From Gemmatimonadota bacterium (lineage in GTDB: Bacteria > Gemmatimonadota > Gemmatimonadetes > Gemmatimonadales > GWC2-71-9), in contig JBDHDH010000024.1 in NCBI GenBank assembly GCA_039591615.1, positions 6,017-70,016 of the forward strand: 64,000 nt of DNA, read 5' to 3'. Below the pieces are notes generated by a model that saw nothing but the letters and a program-made list of their open reading frames with translations, made no database searches and was not told the DNA's origin. Shown here piece by piece: positions 9,422 to 19,061 of this stretch. Both the position numbers and the translations under genes were made by a program. The number at the start of each line of letters is the position of its first letter. The stretch's first letter is position 1.

Positions 9422-12015
9422 CGCTCGCCTCCCCGAGGTCGGAGGATGAGAGTCGCGGCAATCCGATCTTCGTCGAAGTCGGCGGCCTGTGACGGAAAGA
9501 GGACAGGATCCAGCTCGCCCGCCACCCATTTGTCGATCCGGTCCCGGTACATCGGGCTCACCGGGTTCCCAGACTGTCCTCCGGGATAGATCGTCCACGC
9601 CCGTACGTTCGGTCGTAACTCGACGACCATCCGCCAGCTGGCACCGAAGATCCCACGCCCCGAAGACGGATTCAGGGTGCTCGGCCCACCCTGGATCGGC
9701 AACGCTAATGCCGAGAGACTTGGGAAGCCCAGCAGGTGATAGATGTTCGCATGGCGAATCCCCTCCCATCTCCAACCACTACCCTCAGGGGACCCGTACT
9801 CAGCTTTCGCACGTCCAAGCGCCGCCTCTAGGCTCGCGTTGAGGATCGCGTCGCGATCCTCCAGCGTCTCCTCCGTTCGCTGATCATCCCACCACGTGCC
9901 ATGCGGGCTCTCCAGCAGCGACGCGAGGACGCCGGAGCCGGGCGTACTGATACGGCGAGGAGGTGTCGAGTCGCTCTCGGCCGGGAGCATGAGCTCGTCC
10001 CAGACTCGATTCACGAGCTCATCCATGGCGAGCTCGAACAGGATCGCTCGCTCATTCTCTCTCGTGTACCGACGGTCCCACTGAGCCAACAGCTGAGCGG
10101 CTTCCCGCAGTTCGTCGTCCCCCTCGACACGCGTGAGCGCCCGTTCCGCTGCCTGGAGGAACGCCGGCACGAAGCGGTCGGCACGGGCGCTCCCAGGATC
10201 GAGCTGGAAGCGCTGCATGTCTTCCGGCGTGACGGCGGTGTCCGCCCGCAGGAGTTGGTTGATCCGGATCGCGCGCCACGGACCCGGCCAATTCACGCCG
10301 AGGTACGTGCTGTCTGACGATGGGTCCAGTGGCTCTTGGTTGGCGGAAGCGAGGAATCCCTGCGGTGGATCGATGGCTTGAGGCAATCGATCGACAGGCC
10401 AGTCACCCAGCCAGTCACTGTCAGACCGGCTCCCATCCCGGATCCTCGTGCCGCGACCATCCCCGGGCCGCAGCGGGAACCGTCCAGTGGACCGGATCCC
10501 GATGGACCCGGTCCAATCGGCGACGAGCATATTCTGCGGGGGCGCCCCGTAGCGTTCCATCGCTCCGAGCCAGTCCGTGACGCTCCCGGCCGTCGCAGCC
10601 TCCGCGAGTGCCCCGATTTCACCAGATTCTTCGAGAACGGTCCAGCGCAGGGAACGGGCCCGTCCCTCGCTCCGGAGCAGCGGCCCCCTGTGGGTGAAGT
10701 AGAGGGTGTCCGTTGCCAGCTGCCGACCACTCGGCCCACGGAATTCCTCGATCCGTCGCGTCAGCGGTCGCCAGTCACCGTCTACGGCATGTGCCGTGGG
10801 CTCGTCGGGATCGTCGAGTACCTCTTCGTAGAAATCCAAGACATCGGCCTCGGTATTGGTGAAGCTCCAAGCGACTCGGCGATTGAACCCGATCACGACT
10901 CCGGGCACACCGGGAATCGTCACTCCATAGACGTCGATTTCCCCAGGGACGACCATGTGCACTTCGTACCAGATGGACGGCAGTGTGAGCCGGAGATGCG
11001 GGTCCCCCGCCAGAAGCGCAAACCCGGCCTCTGTCCGGGCCGGCGACACCGCCCAGTTGTTGGAGCCCACCGCATCACCACTCGGCCCGGCGTCTGCGAT
11101 CGCTCCCAGCCACCCGGCACCGTGAGCCCCTTCAACTCCGCCCCCGCCGCCGAGCGCCGCTCCGGCTTCCTCAACCCACGGCTGCGAACCGGCGGCCTCG
11201 TCCCCTTCTCGCTTCTTGCCGCCCGGTCGCAGCGCCACCGGTATCGGAGCGACTACCGAGTCACCTTCCATCGCGCCGCCGTTCACATGTGGGGCGGTCG
11301 GTGGAACGATCGGCTCCTGTATGGGACTGTGATCGGGAAACAGTTGCCCGGTGGCATCGACACCGATGATGGACCGAATCCGCTCGCGGCGAAGGTCACT
11401 GGCATTGTAGCTGAGCGTGAATCCCATCCGCTTGATCAGATAGAAGGTGTGTGCTGGTTGCCAGCGCATGGGGCGAGCATCGAGTAGCCGATACTCCAAG
11501 GGCAGGTCACGGGGGCCCATCCCGTCGATCCACGCATTCACGCCGTCGGCGTACGCCTCGAGGAGCTGCGCCGCAAGGGAGTTGGGGTCCAGCGCGGCGA
11601 AGTTGCGTTCGGCTGCCCACGCCAGGCCGTAGCTCCGCTGGGTCCGATCGAAGTCCAGGGCCCGTGGTCCAACCAGCTCGGACATCGTCCCCGCGGTGGC
11701 CCGGGTTTGCAGCTCGAGCTGGAAGAGCCGGTCCCTGGCCACGACGTAGCCCAGTGCTCGCGAGGCGTCAGTGACGCTTCCGGCAAAGATGTGTGGGACG
11801 CCGCGATCGTCGTACAACACGCGTATCTGGCTCTCCAGCCCAGCCACCTCCGCTGCCACCTCCCGCGGTAGCTCGGCACTCGTCGCCACCGCCCAAACGC
11901 CGGTCCGGGGGTGGAGGAATCCACCGAGCGGCGGTACCGGACCGACCGACCAGTTACCGGCATACAGCGCAGCGGCGAGAAGGAGGCTCGAGGTGGTGAT
12001 CTGGAGACGGCGCAT
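9418..12015 (-). CDS. Penicillin acylase family (peptidase S45, Ntn hydrolase)
   Basis: YDDRGVPHIFA, ARDRLFQLE, GSNNWAVS..RT..G..LLAGDPHL (beta-subunit Ser nucleophile), GQSGNP.SP.YRD. Confidence 0.93.
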   Translation of the reverse strand: MRRLQITTSSLLLAAALYAGNWSVGPVPPLGGFLHPRTGVWAVATSAELPREVAAEVAGLESQIRVLYDDRGVPHIFAGSVTDASRALGYVVARDRLFQLELQTRATAGTMSELVGPRALDFDRTQRSYGLAWAAERNFAALDPNSLAAQLLEAYADGVNAWIDGMGPRDLPLEYRLLDARPMRWQPAHTFYLIKRMGFTLSYNASDLRRERIRSIIGVDATGQLFPDHSPIQEPIVPPTAPHVNGGAMEGDSVVAPIPVALRPGGKKREGDEAAGSQPWVEEAGAALGGGGGVEGAHGAGWLGAIADAGPSGDAVGSNNWAVSPARTEAGFALLAGDPHLRLTLPSIWYEVHMVVPGEIDVYGVTIPGVPGVVIGFNRRVAWSFTNTEADVLDFYEEVLDDPDEPTAHAVDGDWRPLTRRIEEFRGPSGRQLATDTLYFTHRGPLLRSEGRARSLRWTVLEESGEIGALAEAATAGSVTDWLGAMERYGAPPQNMLVADWTGSIGIRSTGRFPLRPGDGRGTRIRDGSRSDSDWLGDWPVDRLPQAIDPPQGFLASANQEPLDPSSDSTYLGVNWPGPWRAIRINQLLRADTAVTPEDMQRFQLDPGSARADRFVPAFLQAAERALTRVEGDDELREAAQLLAQWDRRYTRENERAILFELAMDELVNRVWDELMLPAESDSTPPRRISTPGSGVLASLLESPHGTWWDDQRTEETLEDRDAILNASLEAALGRAKAEYGSPEGSGWRWEGIRHANIYHLLGFPSLSALALPIQGGPSTLNPSSGRGIFGASWRMVVELRPNVRAWTIYPGGQSGNPVSPMYRDRIDKWVAGELDPVLFPSQAADFDEDRIAATLILRPRGGER

Positions 12016-12027
12016 AGTAGATGGCGT

Positions 12028-12126
12028 TAGGTGTTAGGTGTCGGGATCCGGAGACGGCAACACGCGTAGGTCGTCACCATGGGATATACACCCGGCACCC
12101 GCGACCCGATAGCCACTGCTCATTGG
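12028..12126. repeat. Heptamer tandem arrays in a divergent intergenic region
   Basis: TAGGTGT x2 (12028-12041); C-rich 7-periodic run ACACCCG GCACCCG CGACCCG ATAGCCA... from about 12078. Confidence 0.6.
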
Positions 12127-12217
12127 CCACTACCCTTGAACCTCCCTATCCAAGACCGCTACTATCCGGCCGCGACCCAAATGCGCATCGACCCGAGACG
12201 ACCAACGGAGCGCGAGC

Positions 12218-14689
12218 ATGGCACGCCGAGGCAAAGGACACGAGGCACCGCCCTTCGAAAAGCTGGGGGCATTCTATCTGGGGCGAGTATACGACCCGGA
12301 ACGCGACGCGGTCACGTCGGATCTGTTGTTGTACGACTCGAAGGATCTCACCACTCACGGCGTGTGTGTGGGGATGACCGGCAGCGGTAAGACGGGGCTC
12401 TGCATCTCGCTGCTCGAGGAAGCCGCCATCGACGGGGTGCCGGCCATTGCTATCGATCCCAAGGGAGATCTTGGCAATCTCCTCCTGACCTTTCCCGGAC
12501 TCCGCGCATCGGATTTTCGTTTCTGGATCGACGAGGGGGAGGCCACTCGCAAAGGAGCGACCGCCGACGAGTATGCCGCATTGACCGCAGCACTGTGGCA
12601 GCGCGGCTTGGCGGACTGGGGCCAAGACCGCGCCCGCATCGAGAGGCTCCGGGCGGCGGCCGACTTCACCATCTACACACCCGGGAGTAGCGCCGGCCTT
12701 CAGCTCAATCTGCTCCGGTCCTTCGCGGCACCGCCCCCGGAACTCGTGGAAGACGCCGACGCATTTCGCGAGCGCCTGACAACCGCCGTATCGGGACTCC
12801 TGGCGCTCCTAGGCCTGGATGCCGATCCCCTCCAGAGCCGAGAACACATTCTCGTCTCCAACGTGTTCGACACCGCCTGGCGCGCGGGTGAGAATCTCGA
12901 TCTCGCCATGCTCATCCAGCAGGTGCAGTCGCCGCCTTTCGATCGAATCGGGGTCATGGATCTCGAGTCGTTCTTTCCCGCGAAGGACCGCACTGCTCTG
13001 GCGATGAACTTGAACAACCTCTTGGCGTCACCCGGCTTTGCGGCCTGGATGGAGGGAGAACCCCTCAAGATTCCCCGTCTGCTCTGGACCGACGCCGGGC
13101 GTCCCCGGGTATCGATCCTGTCCATCGCCCATCTTTCGGACGCCGAGCGAATGTTCTTCGTGACCCTCCTCCTCAACGAAGTGATCGGCTGGATGCGGTC
13201 GCAGTCCGGGACCTCGAGCCTCCGAGCCCTCCTCTATATGGATGAGGTGTTCGGCTTCTTCCCGCCGGTAGCGAACCCACCGTCGAAGACGCCCATGCTC
13301 ACCCTCTTGAAACAGGCGCGCGCGTACGGCGTGGGTGTGTTGCTGGCCACCCAGAACCCGGTTGATCTCGATTACAAGGGACTTTCGAACGCCGGCACCT
13401 GGTTCCTAGGTCGGCTTCAGACCGAGCGGGACAAGATGAGGGTCATCGAAGGGCTCGAGGGAGCTTCGGCAACGGCAGGGGCCACGTTCGACCGCCAGCG
13501 GACCGAACGAATCCTAGCCGGTCTCAAGTCCCGAGTGTTCCTGATGAACAACGTGCACGAGGACGAGCCGATCCTCTTCCACACGCGTTGGGCAATGTCC
13601 TACCTTCGGGGACCACTGACCCGAACGCAGATTCAGGAGCTGATGAACGAGCGAAAGGCCGCAGAGGTACCAGAAGCCAGCGTCCCATCGGCAGCGGCCA
13701 AACGTGCGGCGACTGGCCGCAAGGTTCCAAAGACATCGACGACACGACCTGTGGTTCCACCCGAGGTCTCGGAGTTCTTCGTCACCCCCGTCGATACGCT
13801 GCCCGCAGATACCCGCCGGCTCTACCGCCCCGCTCTGCTCGGAACGGCAGACCTCCATTTTGCAAACGCGCAGGCTGGCGTCGACACGTGGGAAACGGTT
13901 TCATATCTCACCGTACTCGCGACGCGTCAGACGGGGAACGTCTGGTCCAAGGCCGAATCGCTCCCGGAGGGAGAGCCCGCGATGGACCGTGAGCCCGTGG
14001 AGGACGTGGAGTTCGCCTCGCTTCCAGCGGCGGCCGGCCGCTCGAAGAGCTACACCTCCTGGGAAAAGGCGTTCAAAACGTACCTCTATCAGAGCCACAC
14101 GCTCACTCTCTGGAAATGCACCTCGCCCAAGCTCACGGCATCCGTGGGTGAGAGCGAGGCCGATTTCCGAGTACGGGTGCGGGAGGCAGCCCGGGAGGGG
14201 CGGGACACCGCGGTTGAGAAACTCCGCAAACGCTACACACCGAAGCTCGCGCGGCTGCAAGACCAGATCAGGCGCGCGGAGGAGCGGATGGGACGGGAGG
14301 AGTCGCAATACGGCCAGCAGAAAATGCAGACCGCCATCTCGATGGGCGCCACCGTCCTTGGCGCGCTCTTCGGCCGGAAGCTGGGGAGCGTCGGGAACGT
14401 GGGCCGGGCTACGACCACGATGCGGGGTGTCGGCCGCGCCGCCCGGGAACGTGAGGACATCGCCAGAGCGAAGCGCCGGGTGGAGGAACTGCACGCCAAG
14501 CTCGCGGACCTCGAGGTGGAATTCGAGGACGAGACCGCACGCCTGCGCGATGAAGCGGATCCCGAACTCATCGAGATCAAGGAGCTGCCGGTCCGCCCCC
14601 GGAAGTCCGACATCACGATCAGACAGGTCGCGCTGGCGTGGTTACCGTTCTCGGTGGGCGAAGATGGGGTAGCAGAAGCAGCATTTTAG
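12218..14689 (+). CDS. HerA/FtsK-superfamily ATPase (DUF87/DUF853-like) with C-terminal coiled coil
   Basis: Walker A GMTGSGKT, IDPKGD, Walker B LYMDEVFG, LLKQARAYGVGVLLATQNP. Confidence 0.85.
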   Translation: MARRGKGHEAPPFEKLGAFYLGRVYDPERDAVTSDLLLYDSKDLTTHGVCVGMTGSGKTGLCISLLEEAAIDGVPAIAIDPKGDLGNLLLTFPGLRASDFRFWIDEGEATRKGATADEYAALTAALWQRGLADWGQDRARIERLRAAADFTIYTPGSSAGLQLNLLRSFAAPPPELVEDADAFRERLTTAVSGLLALLGLDADPLQSREHILVSNVFDTAWRAGENLDLAMLIQQVQSPPFDRIGVMDLESFFPAKDRTALAMNLNNLLASPGFAAWMEGEPLKIPRLLWTDAGRPRVSILSIAHLSDAERMFFVTLLLNEVIGWMRSQSGTSSLRALLYMDEVFGFFPPVANPPSKTPMLTLLKQARAYGVGVLLATQNPVDLDYKGLSNAGTWFLGRLQTERDKMRVIEGLEGASATAGATFDRQRTERILAGLKSRVFLMNNVHEDEPILFHTRWAMSYLRGPLTRTQIQELMNERKAAEVPEASVPSAAAKRAATGRKVPKTSTTRPVVPPEVSEFFVTPVDTLPADTRRLYRPALLGTADLHFANAQAGVDTWETVSYLTVLATRQTGNVWSKAESLPEGEPAMDREPVEDVEFASLPAAAGRSKSYTSWEKAFKTYLYQSHTLTLWKCTSPKLTASVGESEADFRVRVREAAREGRDTAVEKLRKRYTPKLARLQDQIRRAEERMGREESQYGQQKMQTAISMGATVLGALFGRKLGSVGNVGRATTTMRGVGRAAREREDIARAKRRVEELHAKLADLEVEFEDETARLRDEADPELIEIKELPVRPRKSDITIRQVALAWLPFSVGEDGVAEAAF

Positions 14690-14788
14690 GTGCGCGGTGC
14701 GCGGTGCGCGGTGCTAGGGTCTAGGTCTGGTCACCCTTGACCGTCGTCTAACCACCCTAACAGCTGGCACCTCGCACCTAACACCCCT
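14687..14788. repeat. Inverted heptamer arrays between convergent genes; possible bidirectional terminator
   Basis: TAGGTGC GCGGTGC x3 TAGGGTC TAGGTCT (14687-14728); complementary GCACCTC GCACCTA ACACCCC (14768-14788). Confidence 0.7.
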
Positions 14789-14795
14789 CCCTTGC

Positions 14796-15203
14796 CTAGT
14801 GCGTAATCATGGGCTGCATCCGCTTCGCCTGACTGATCCACTCGTCGACCACTTCTTCCGACGGGGTCGCCCGGGTCAGCTTCTTCTGGTGGTTGATCTC
14901 CTTCATCTTGAGCGCGAGGTTCGCGGCATTCCGCACCGCGAGCTCCTTCACCGTGTCGACACCAGCTGCTTCCAGTAGATCTGAGTACTCGGAGCCGATT
15001 CCCGAAACCCGCATGAGATCGGCGCGGTTGGCCCACTCGAGGAGCCGCGACTCGCTGAGCCCGGTCTTCGCCGCGACACCCCTGCGGCCATCCGGCGTAC
15101 AGCAATGTTTCAACAAGTCGTCGGTCGTGGCGATGTTGGCCGTCGCGAGCTTCTCCGCGTACATCGGTCCAACCCCTTCGATTTCTGCGATCTTGTAACC
15201 CAT
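14796..15203 (-). CDS. DUF4332 domain protein (helix-hairpin-helix-like)
   Basis: IAEIEGVGP.YAEKL, WANRADLMRVSGIGSEYSDLLEAAGVDTVKELA.RN. Confidence 0.9.
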   Translation of the reverse strand: MGYKIAEIEGVGPMYAEKLATANIATTDDLLKHCCTPDGRRGVAAKTGLSESRLLEWANRADLMRVSGIGSEYSDLLEAAGVDTVKELAVRNAANLALKMKEINHQKKLTRATPSEEVVDEWISQAKRMQPMITH

Positions 15204-15336
15204 TTCCTACCCTCTCCTCGGAAAGACAATGTGACCGCGCTCTACAAGAATTCAAACACGGCAGCCGGCGTGCCCGGAGAGCGCGAGGTTGATTCGGCCT
15301 CTTACCCGTTGACCCGGCCCAATCGCCGAGCAGTGC

Positions 15337-16551
15337 TCAAAACTCGCTCCAGCCGAGGTGCACCGCTCCCACTCGAACACCTCCCCCTTCTCCCGGAACC
15401 GTCCACGCAACGAGCACCTCGTCACCAGCCCGCGCAATCCGGGGGAAACCACTGGCGCGTGCATCCACCGTTCGGCCAATGGGCCAGGACGGGGCCGACC
15501 CACCATCGCGACGAACGCCGCGGGCTCGAATCTCGGCACCGGAGGCGGTGACCTCCAGCCAAACGACCAGGGCCGTACTCGCTGCTGCGTCGAATACGAC
15601 ATCGACCCGACCTCGAGGCAGGCCGTCGTCGACGCGAACTGGATCGCCGAACGATGACGCACCATCGGTGGAGAACGCGACATAGACCCGTGGCGAGTCG
15701 TTCGCTGCCGTGAACCAGGCAACGGCGACCGTGTCACCAACCGCGTCAAGCTGCGGTCCGTTCACCGGGCAAGCCGAGATGCGCCAGCGATCTGGGGAGA
15801 CCATCGTGGGCGCGGACCAACGTGACCCGTCGTAGCGCACAACCGCGATATCGCGGATTTCTTCTGGAGACCGGTCGCGGTAGGCCGCCACCAGGCCACT
15901 GGTTGTGCGAGCAAGCGCCGTCGCGCAGCACTCGCACGTTCGGTCGTCCAACAGAACGTCCGGGTCCACCTCGCCGGCGGGGCCGACAAAGGTGGCTCGT
16001 GCTGTCATGTCTCCCTGTGTTTGCTCGTGTCCGGTCTCACCCCCTCCCTGCATGGCTCGGCCATCCAACCAGATCAGCGCTGCCCCCTTTTCCCAGGGGA
16101 CCATGGAGACGAACCCGTGCTCGGTGGGTGAACGATCACCGTGCGGCACCATCGGGTCGCTCCAGGTGCGTCCACGATCTCGGGACCACGCCAGCTTCAC
16201 GTGATACGCGTATGGGTCGGCCGCAACCTTGGCGAGCCAGTGCGCCAGCCACGTCCCGTCGTGAAGCTCCACCACGGACGGAAAATCGGCCCAATTCACG
16301 AAAAATCCCGAGCCCTGCGTCACCACTCGAGCGGTTACCCAGACGCCTTCGTCGCGCTCGGCGACCCTCAACACATGCGCCGTGTCGCCCACCGGCTCGA
16401 ACCAGCTCATGAGGGCACGGCCATCGGCCGTGGCAAAGAGGTGAGGCTCTCCACTTCCCGGAGGACCGATAAACTCGACGGCGACGTGCGGTCTCGAACG
16501 TCCGCAGCCGAGGACGAAGACAGAGAGGCAAGCGAGGAGCGCGAGGGGCAT
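15337..16551 (-). CDS. Sialidase-like/BNR-repeat lipoprotein
   Basis: Lipobox-like VLGC; Asp-boxes SRDRGRTWS and STDGASSF; TCECCAT and CPVNGP motifs. Confidence 0.8.
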   Translation of the reverse strand: MPLALLACLSVFVLGCGRSRPHVAVEFIGPPGSGEPHLFATADGRALMSWFEPVGDTAHVLRVAERDEGVWVTARVVTQGSGFFVNWADFPSVVELHDGTWLAHWLAKVAADPYAYHVKLAWSRDRGRTWSDPMVPHGDRSPTEHGFVSMVPWEKGAALIWLDGRAMQGGGETGHEQTQGDMTARATFVGPAGEVDPDVLLDDRTCECCATALARTTSGLVAAYRDRSPEEIRDIAVVRYDGSRWSAPTMVSPDRWRISACPVNGPQLDAVGDTVAVAWFTAANDSPRVYVAFSTDGASSFGDPVRVDDGLPRGRVDVVFDAAASTALVVWLEVTASGAEIRARGVRRDGGSAPSWPIGRTVDARASGFPRIARAGDEVLVAWTVPGEGGGVRVGAVHLGWSEF

Positions 16552-16670
16552 AGGTGCTAGGTGTTAGGTGTTAGGTGTTAGCCCTAAGAGGGTTAGTTGA
16601 CGAGGAAGGTGATGGCAAGGGGAAGGGAAGGCTGAAGGATGAGGGCAGAGGGCAGAAGGTAGAAGGCAGG
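16551..16670. repeat. Two different heptamer tandem arrays
   Basis: TAGGTGC TAGGTGT x3 (16551-16578); AGGCTGA AGGATGA GGGCAGA GGGCAGA AGGTAGA AGGCAGG (16629-16670). Confidence 0.8.
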
Positions 16671-16794
16671 ACTCTCCACGTAGAACGTTTCCGGGTTCGC
16701 GGAGCGACCGAAAGGGGGTTAGCTTCGCGGGCTGACTGATGCGACGCTGGGTGTCGAGCTCGACCGACACACCGACGTGCTGGAGGGGTGCCTG

Positions 16795-17355
16795 ATGCGA
16801 TCAGATCGAACTGCCGTCCTTTGCCTGCTTTGTTGTGCGGCGTTACCCGTAGCGGCCCAGGGGCAGACAGCCAGCCCGACCGGGGGCGAGGTGCCGGAAG
16901 CGGCGGTGGACGATGTCTCGACCGTGAACGGCATCATCGCCGCTATGTACGACGTCATCTCGGGCCCAGCCGGCCAGAAGCGGGATTGGGATCGCTTCCG
17001 GTCACTGTTTCTGCCGGAAGCACGGCTCATCCCCACCGGCTTTCCGCAAGGCAGCGATAGAGCGCGGGCTCGAGTGATGACGGTGGATGATTACGTCACG
17101 AACAGCGGGCCCTTCCTCGAGGAGCGTGGATTCTTCGAGGCCGAGGTCGGTCGGGTGATGGAGCGGTTCGAGAACATCGCACACTTATTCTCGACCTACG
17201 AGTCCCGCTGGAAGCCCGACGATGCCGAGCCATTCCAACGGGGAATCAACAGCATTCAGCTGATGTGGGATGGGGGGCGCTGGTGGATAGCCAACATCAT
17301 GTGGAGAGGGGTGGAACCGGATGTCGAGATTCCGATGAAGTATCTGGGTAAGTAG
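16795..17355 (+). CDS. Secreted NTF2-like hypothetical protein
   Basis: GGAGG RBS then ATG 16795; signal peptide; YDVISGPAGQKRDWDRFRSLF...RGINSIQLMWDGGRWWI. Confidence 0.8.
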   Translation: MRSDRTAVLCLLCCAALPVAAQGQTASPTGGEVPEAAVDDVSTVNGIIAAMYDVISGPAGQKRDWDRFRSLFLPEARLIPTGFPQGSDRARARVMTVDDYVTNSGPFLEERGFFEAEVGRVMERFENIAHLFSTYESRWKPDDAEPFQRGINSIQLMWDGGRWWIANIMWRGVEPDVEIPMKYLGK

Positions 17356-17359
17356 CAGC

Positions 17360-17408
17360 GGGATTGGCGGGATCGGTGCGACAAGATGGGTGGCTCTCCC
17401 GCCGATTC
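17360..17408. terminator. Hairpin built from 9-mer repeat units between convergent genes
   Basis: GGGATTGGC GGGATCGGT (17360-17377) partly complementary to TCCCGCCGATTC (17397-17408). Confidence 0.4.
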
Positions 17409-18039
17409 ACTCCCACCCCATTTCCACCCCGAACCGCGCCACCGTGACCTGTAACGGCACGGCTCGTCGCTGGACCTCTCGATCAAAGCGCTGAAACTCG
17501 AACTCGCCCATCGCGCGGATCCGCCCATTCGGCGTGCCGATGGACGTGCCGAGACTCAGTTCGACGGCTAGGCCCGCGGCTCCACCACCGCTGAACTGCG
17601 GCGCCACGAGATAGGCACCTCGTCCCCACACCGTGGCGATCCGGGATAGCGGATACTCCGACAGAATCCCGACCCGGACGAGTCCGACCTCCTGCGTGGC
17701 GAAGTCGGGATCGATCCAGCGACGTCCAGCGCCGACCTCAACGGCGATCGACCGGGCGAAGAGCACGCTAACCCTCCCGTCCACCTGCACGACCTCGAAC
17801 GCGGTGTTATCCGGTCTGTCCGGATCGAGGTCCGCCCAATAGCCACGCGCCTCGAAGGCGAACCGACCGAGTCGGAGGCCGAGGAGCCCACCGACGCCCA
17901 AGCCGTTGGCTTTGAGCGACTCATCTACCTCGCTGTGGGTGACCGTAACGCCGTGGACGCCGAACCGAACGGTCTGGCCGTCGACGGGCGACGCACACAC
18001 CACCAGCGTCGCGCAGGTAAGCGCGAGAGCGCGCCTCAC
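17407..18039 (-). CDS. Secreted hypothetical protein, probable outer-membrane beta-barrel
   Basis: Signal peptide; alternating beta-strand pattern; aromatic C-terminus (RFGVEMGWE); GTGA overlap with the upstream gene. Confidence 0.6.
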   Translation of the reverse strand: MRRALALTCATLVVCASPVDGQTVRFGVHGVTVTHSEVDESLKANGLGVGGLLGLRLGRFAFEARGYWADLDPDRPDNTAFEVVQVDGRVSVLFARSIAVEVGAGRRWIDPDFATQEVGLVRVGILSEYPLSRIATVWGRGAYLVAPQFSGGGAAGLAVELSLGTSIGTPNGRIRAMGEFEFQRFDREVQRRAVPLQVTVARFGVEMGWE

Positions 18040-19061
18040 GGGCCGGGAGACCGCCCGGGAGTGATAGTCAAGGTAACCTGGCCCCGCCGCCGCTCGTTCT
18101 CCACGGCAATTTCGGCGTTGCGCTGCGCCACCTGTTCACGAAGCAGCTGATTGTACAGAATGTTGGCCTGCACCGGCCGGGGATCCGGCTTCTTCACGCT
18201 CATCACGAGTCCGGTGACCAGGGCGCCCACGCTCACGCTGAGGATGGCCGGTCTGACGCCCCCACCGAGATCGGTGTCCTCCAGGGCGAGTGTGGCAGCG
18301 CTGGTGAGTCCGGCATAGAGCACTGAGACACCGAGGGGCCGCCAGTCCCTTGGTGGGGACTCCAATTCCGGCAGCTCGCTGTACCCAGGCAGGCTCGTCA
18401 GGTGTCCGACCGTGTCGACCGGCGAATGGTCTACGCGCAGTGGCGTTGTCGCTGAGAATTCGTTTCGCCCCTCAACGGCGGTCACGATGACCTGGTATTG
18501 GCCCTCCGGCACCGGCTCGCCTCCGGGCGTGAGGCCTTCCCAACGAAGTCGACGGGAGCCAGCCACCAGTTGCGAATCGACCACCACATCAACACGCTGA
18601 CCGACAACGCGCGTGACGGCGCGTCCGGCTCGCGACACCTCGAATTGGATCGGCGCCCCACCTTCGCCTGCCACGAACGACGTACTGTCGACGGTGAGGC
18701 GTCGCACGACCAGCACCTGGCCGAGGGCCGATGCGTAGAGGGAGGTAATCCGCGGGGACACGCGATCGACGTCCGGCTCCCGGTCGGGATCGAGGAAGAT
18801 CAATTCCTTGAAGGCGTCCACAGCCTGGCGAGCCGAATCGAGCACGCCGTACGAGTACGCAAGCACTTCATATGCGAGGATCCGGTCCTCGGCATCCAAC
18901 CGGTTCTGAAGTGCTCGCCGAGCCGCCGAGATCGCGCCCACAAAATCAAGGGCATCGTAGGCGGACTTCGCACGGACGACGGCAGGGTGTTCTTGGCCGG
19001 GGAGTCGACCGGGCGCGACGAGGACCCCCGACAGCATGAGCAGAATGAGGGGCCGCGTCAC
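18036..19061 (-). CDS. Secreted protein with TPR-like N-terminus and FlgD-like Ig region
   Basis: Helical repeat with ARQAVDAFKELIFLDPD; LRWEGLTPGGEPVPEGQYQVIV resembles the FlgD-Ig motif. Confidence 0.6.
   Translation of the reverse strand: MTRPLILLMLSGVLVAPGRLPGQEHPAVVRAKSAYDALDFVGAISAARRALQNRLDAEDRILAYEVLAYSYGVLDSARQAVDAFKELIFLDPDREPDVDRVSPRITSLYASALGQVLVVRRLTVDSTSFVAGEGGAPIQFEVSRAGRAVTRVVGQRVDVVVDSQLVAGSRRLRWEGLTPGGEPVPEGQYQVIVTAVEGRNEFSATTPLRVDHSPVDTVGHLTSLPGYSELPELESPPRDWRPLGVSVLYAGLTSAATLALEDTDLGGGVRPAILSVSVGALVTGLVMSVKKPDPRPVQANILYNQLLREQVAQRNAEIAVENERRRGQVTLTITPGRSPGP

Noticed and set aside
10336-11487. Long antisense ORFs (also 19892-20851, 25860-27089, 36958-38124, 47062-48639, 60566-61297)
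   Set aside because: Typical high-GC shadow frames opposite well-supported genes; no recognisable motifs.
12218-15203. HerA-based antiphage system with DUF4332
   Set aside because: The genes are convergent, and there is no Sir2, NurA or nuclease partner.
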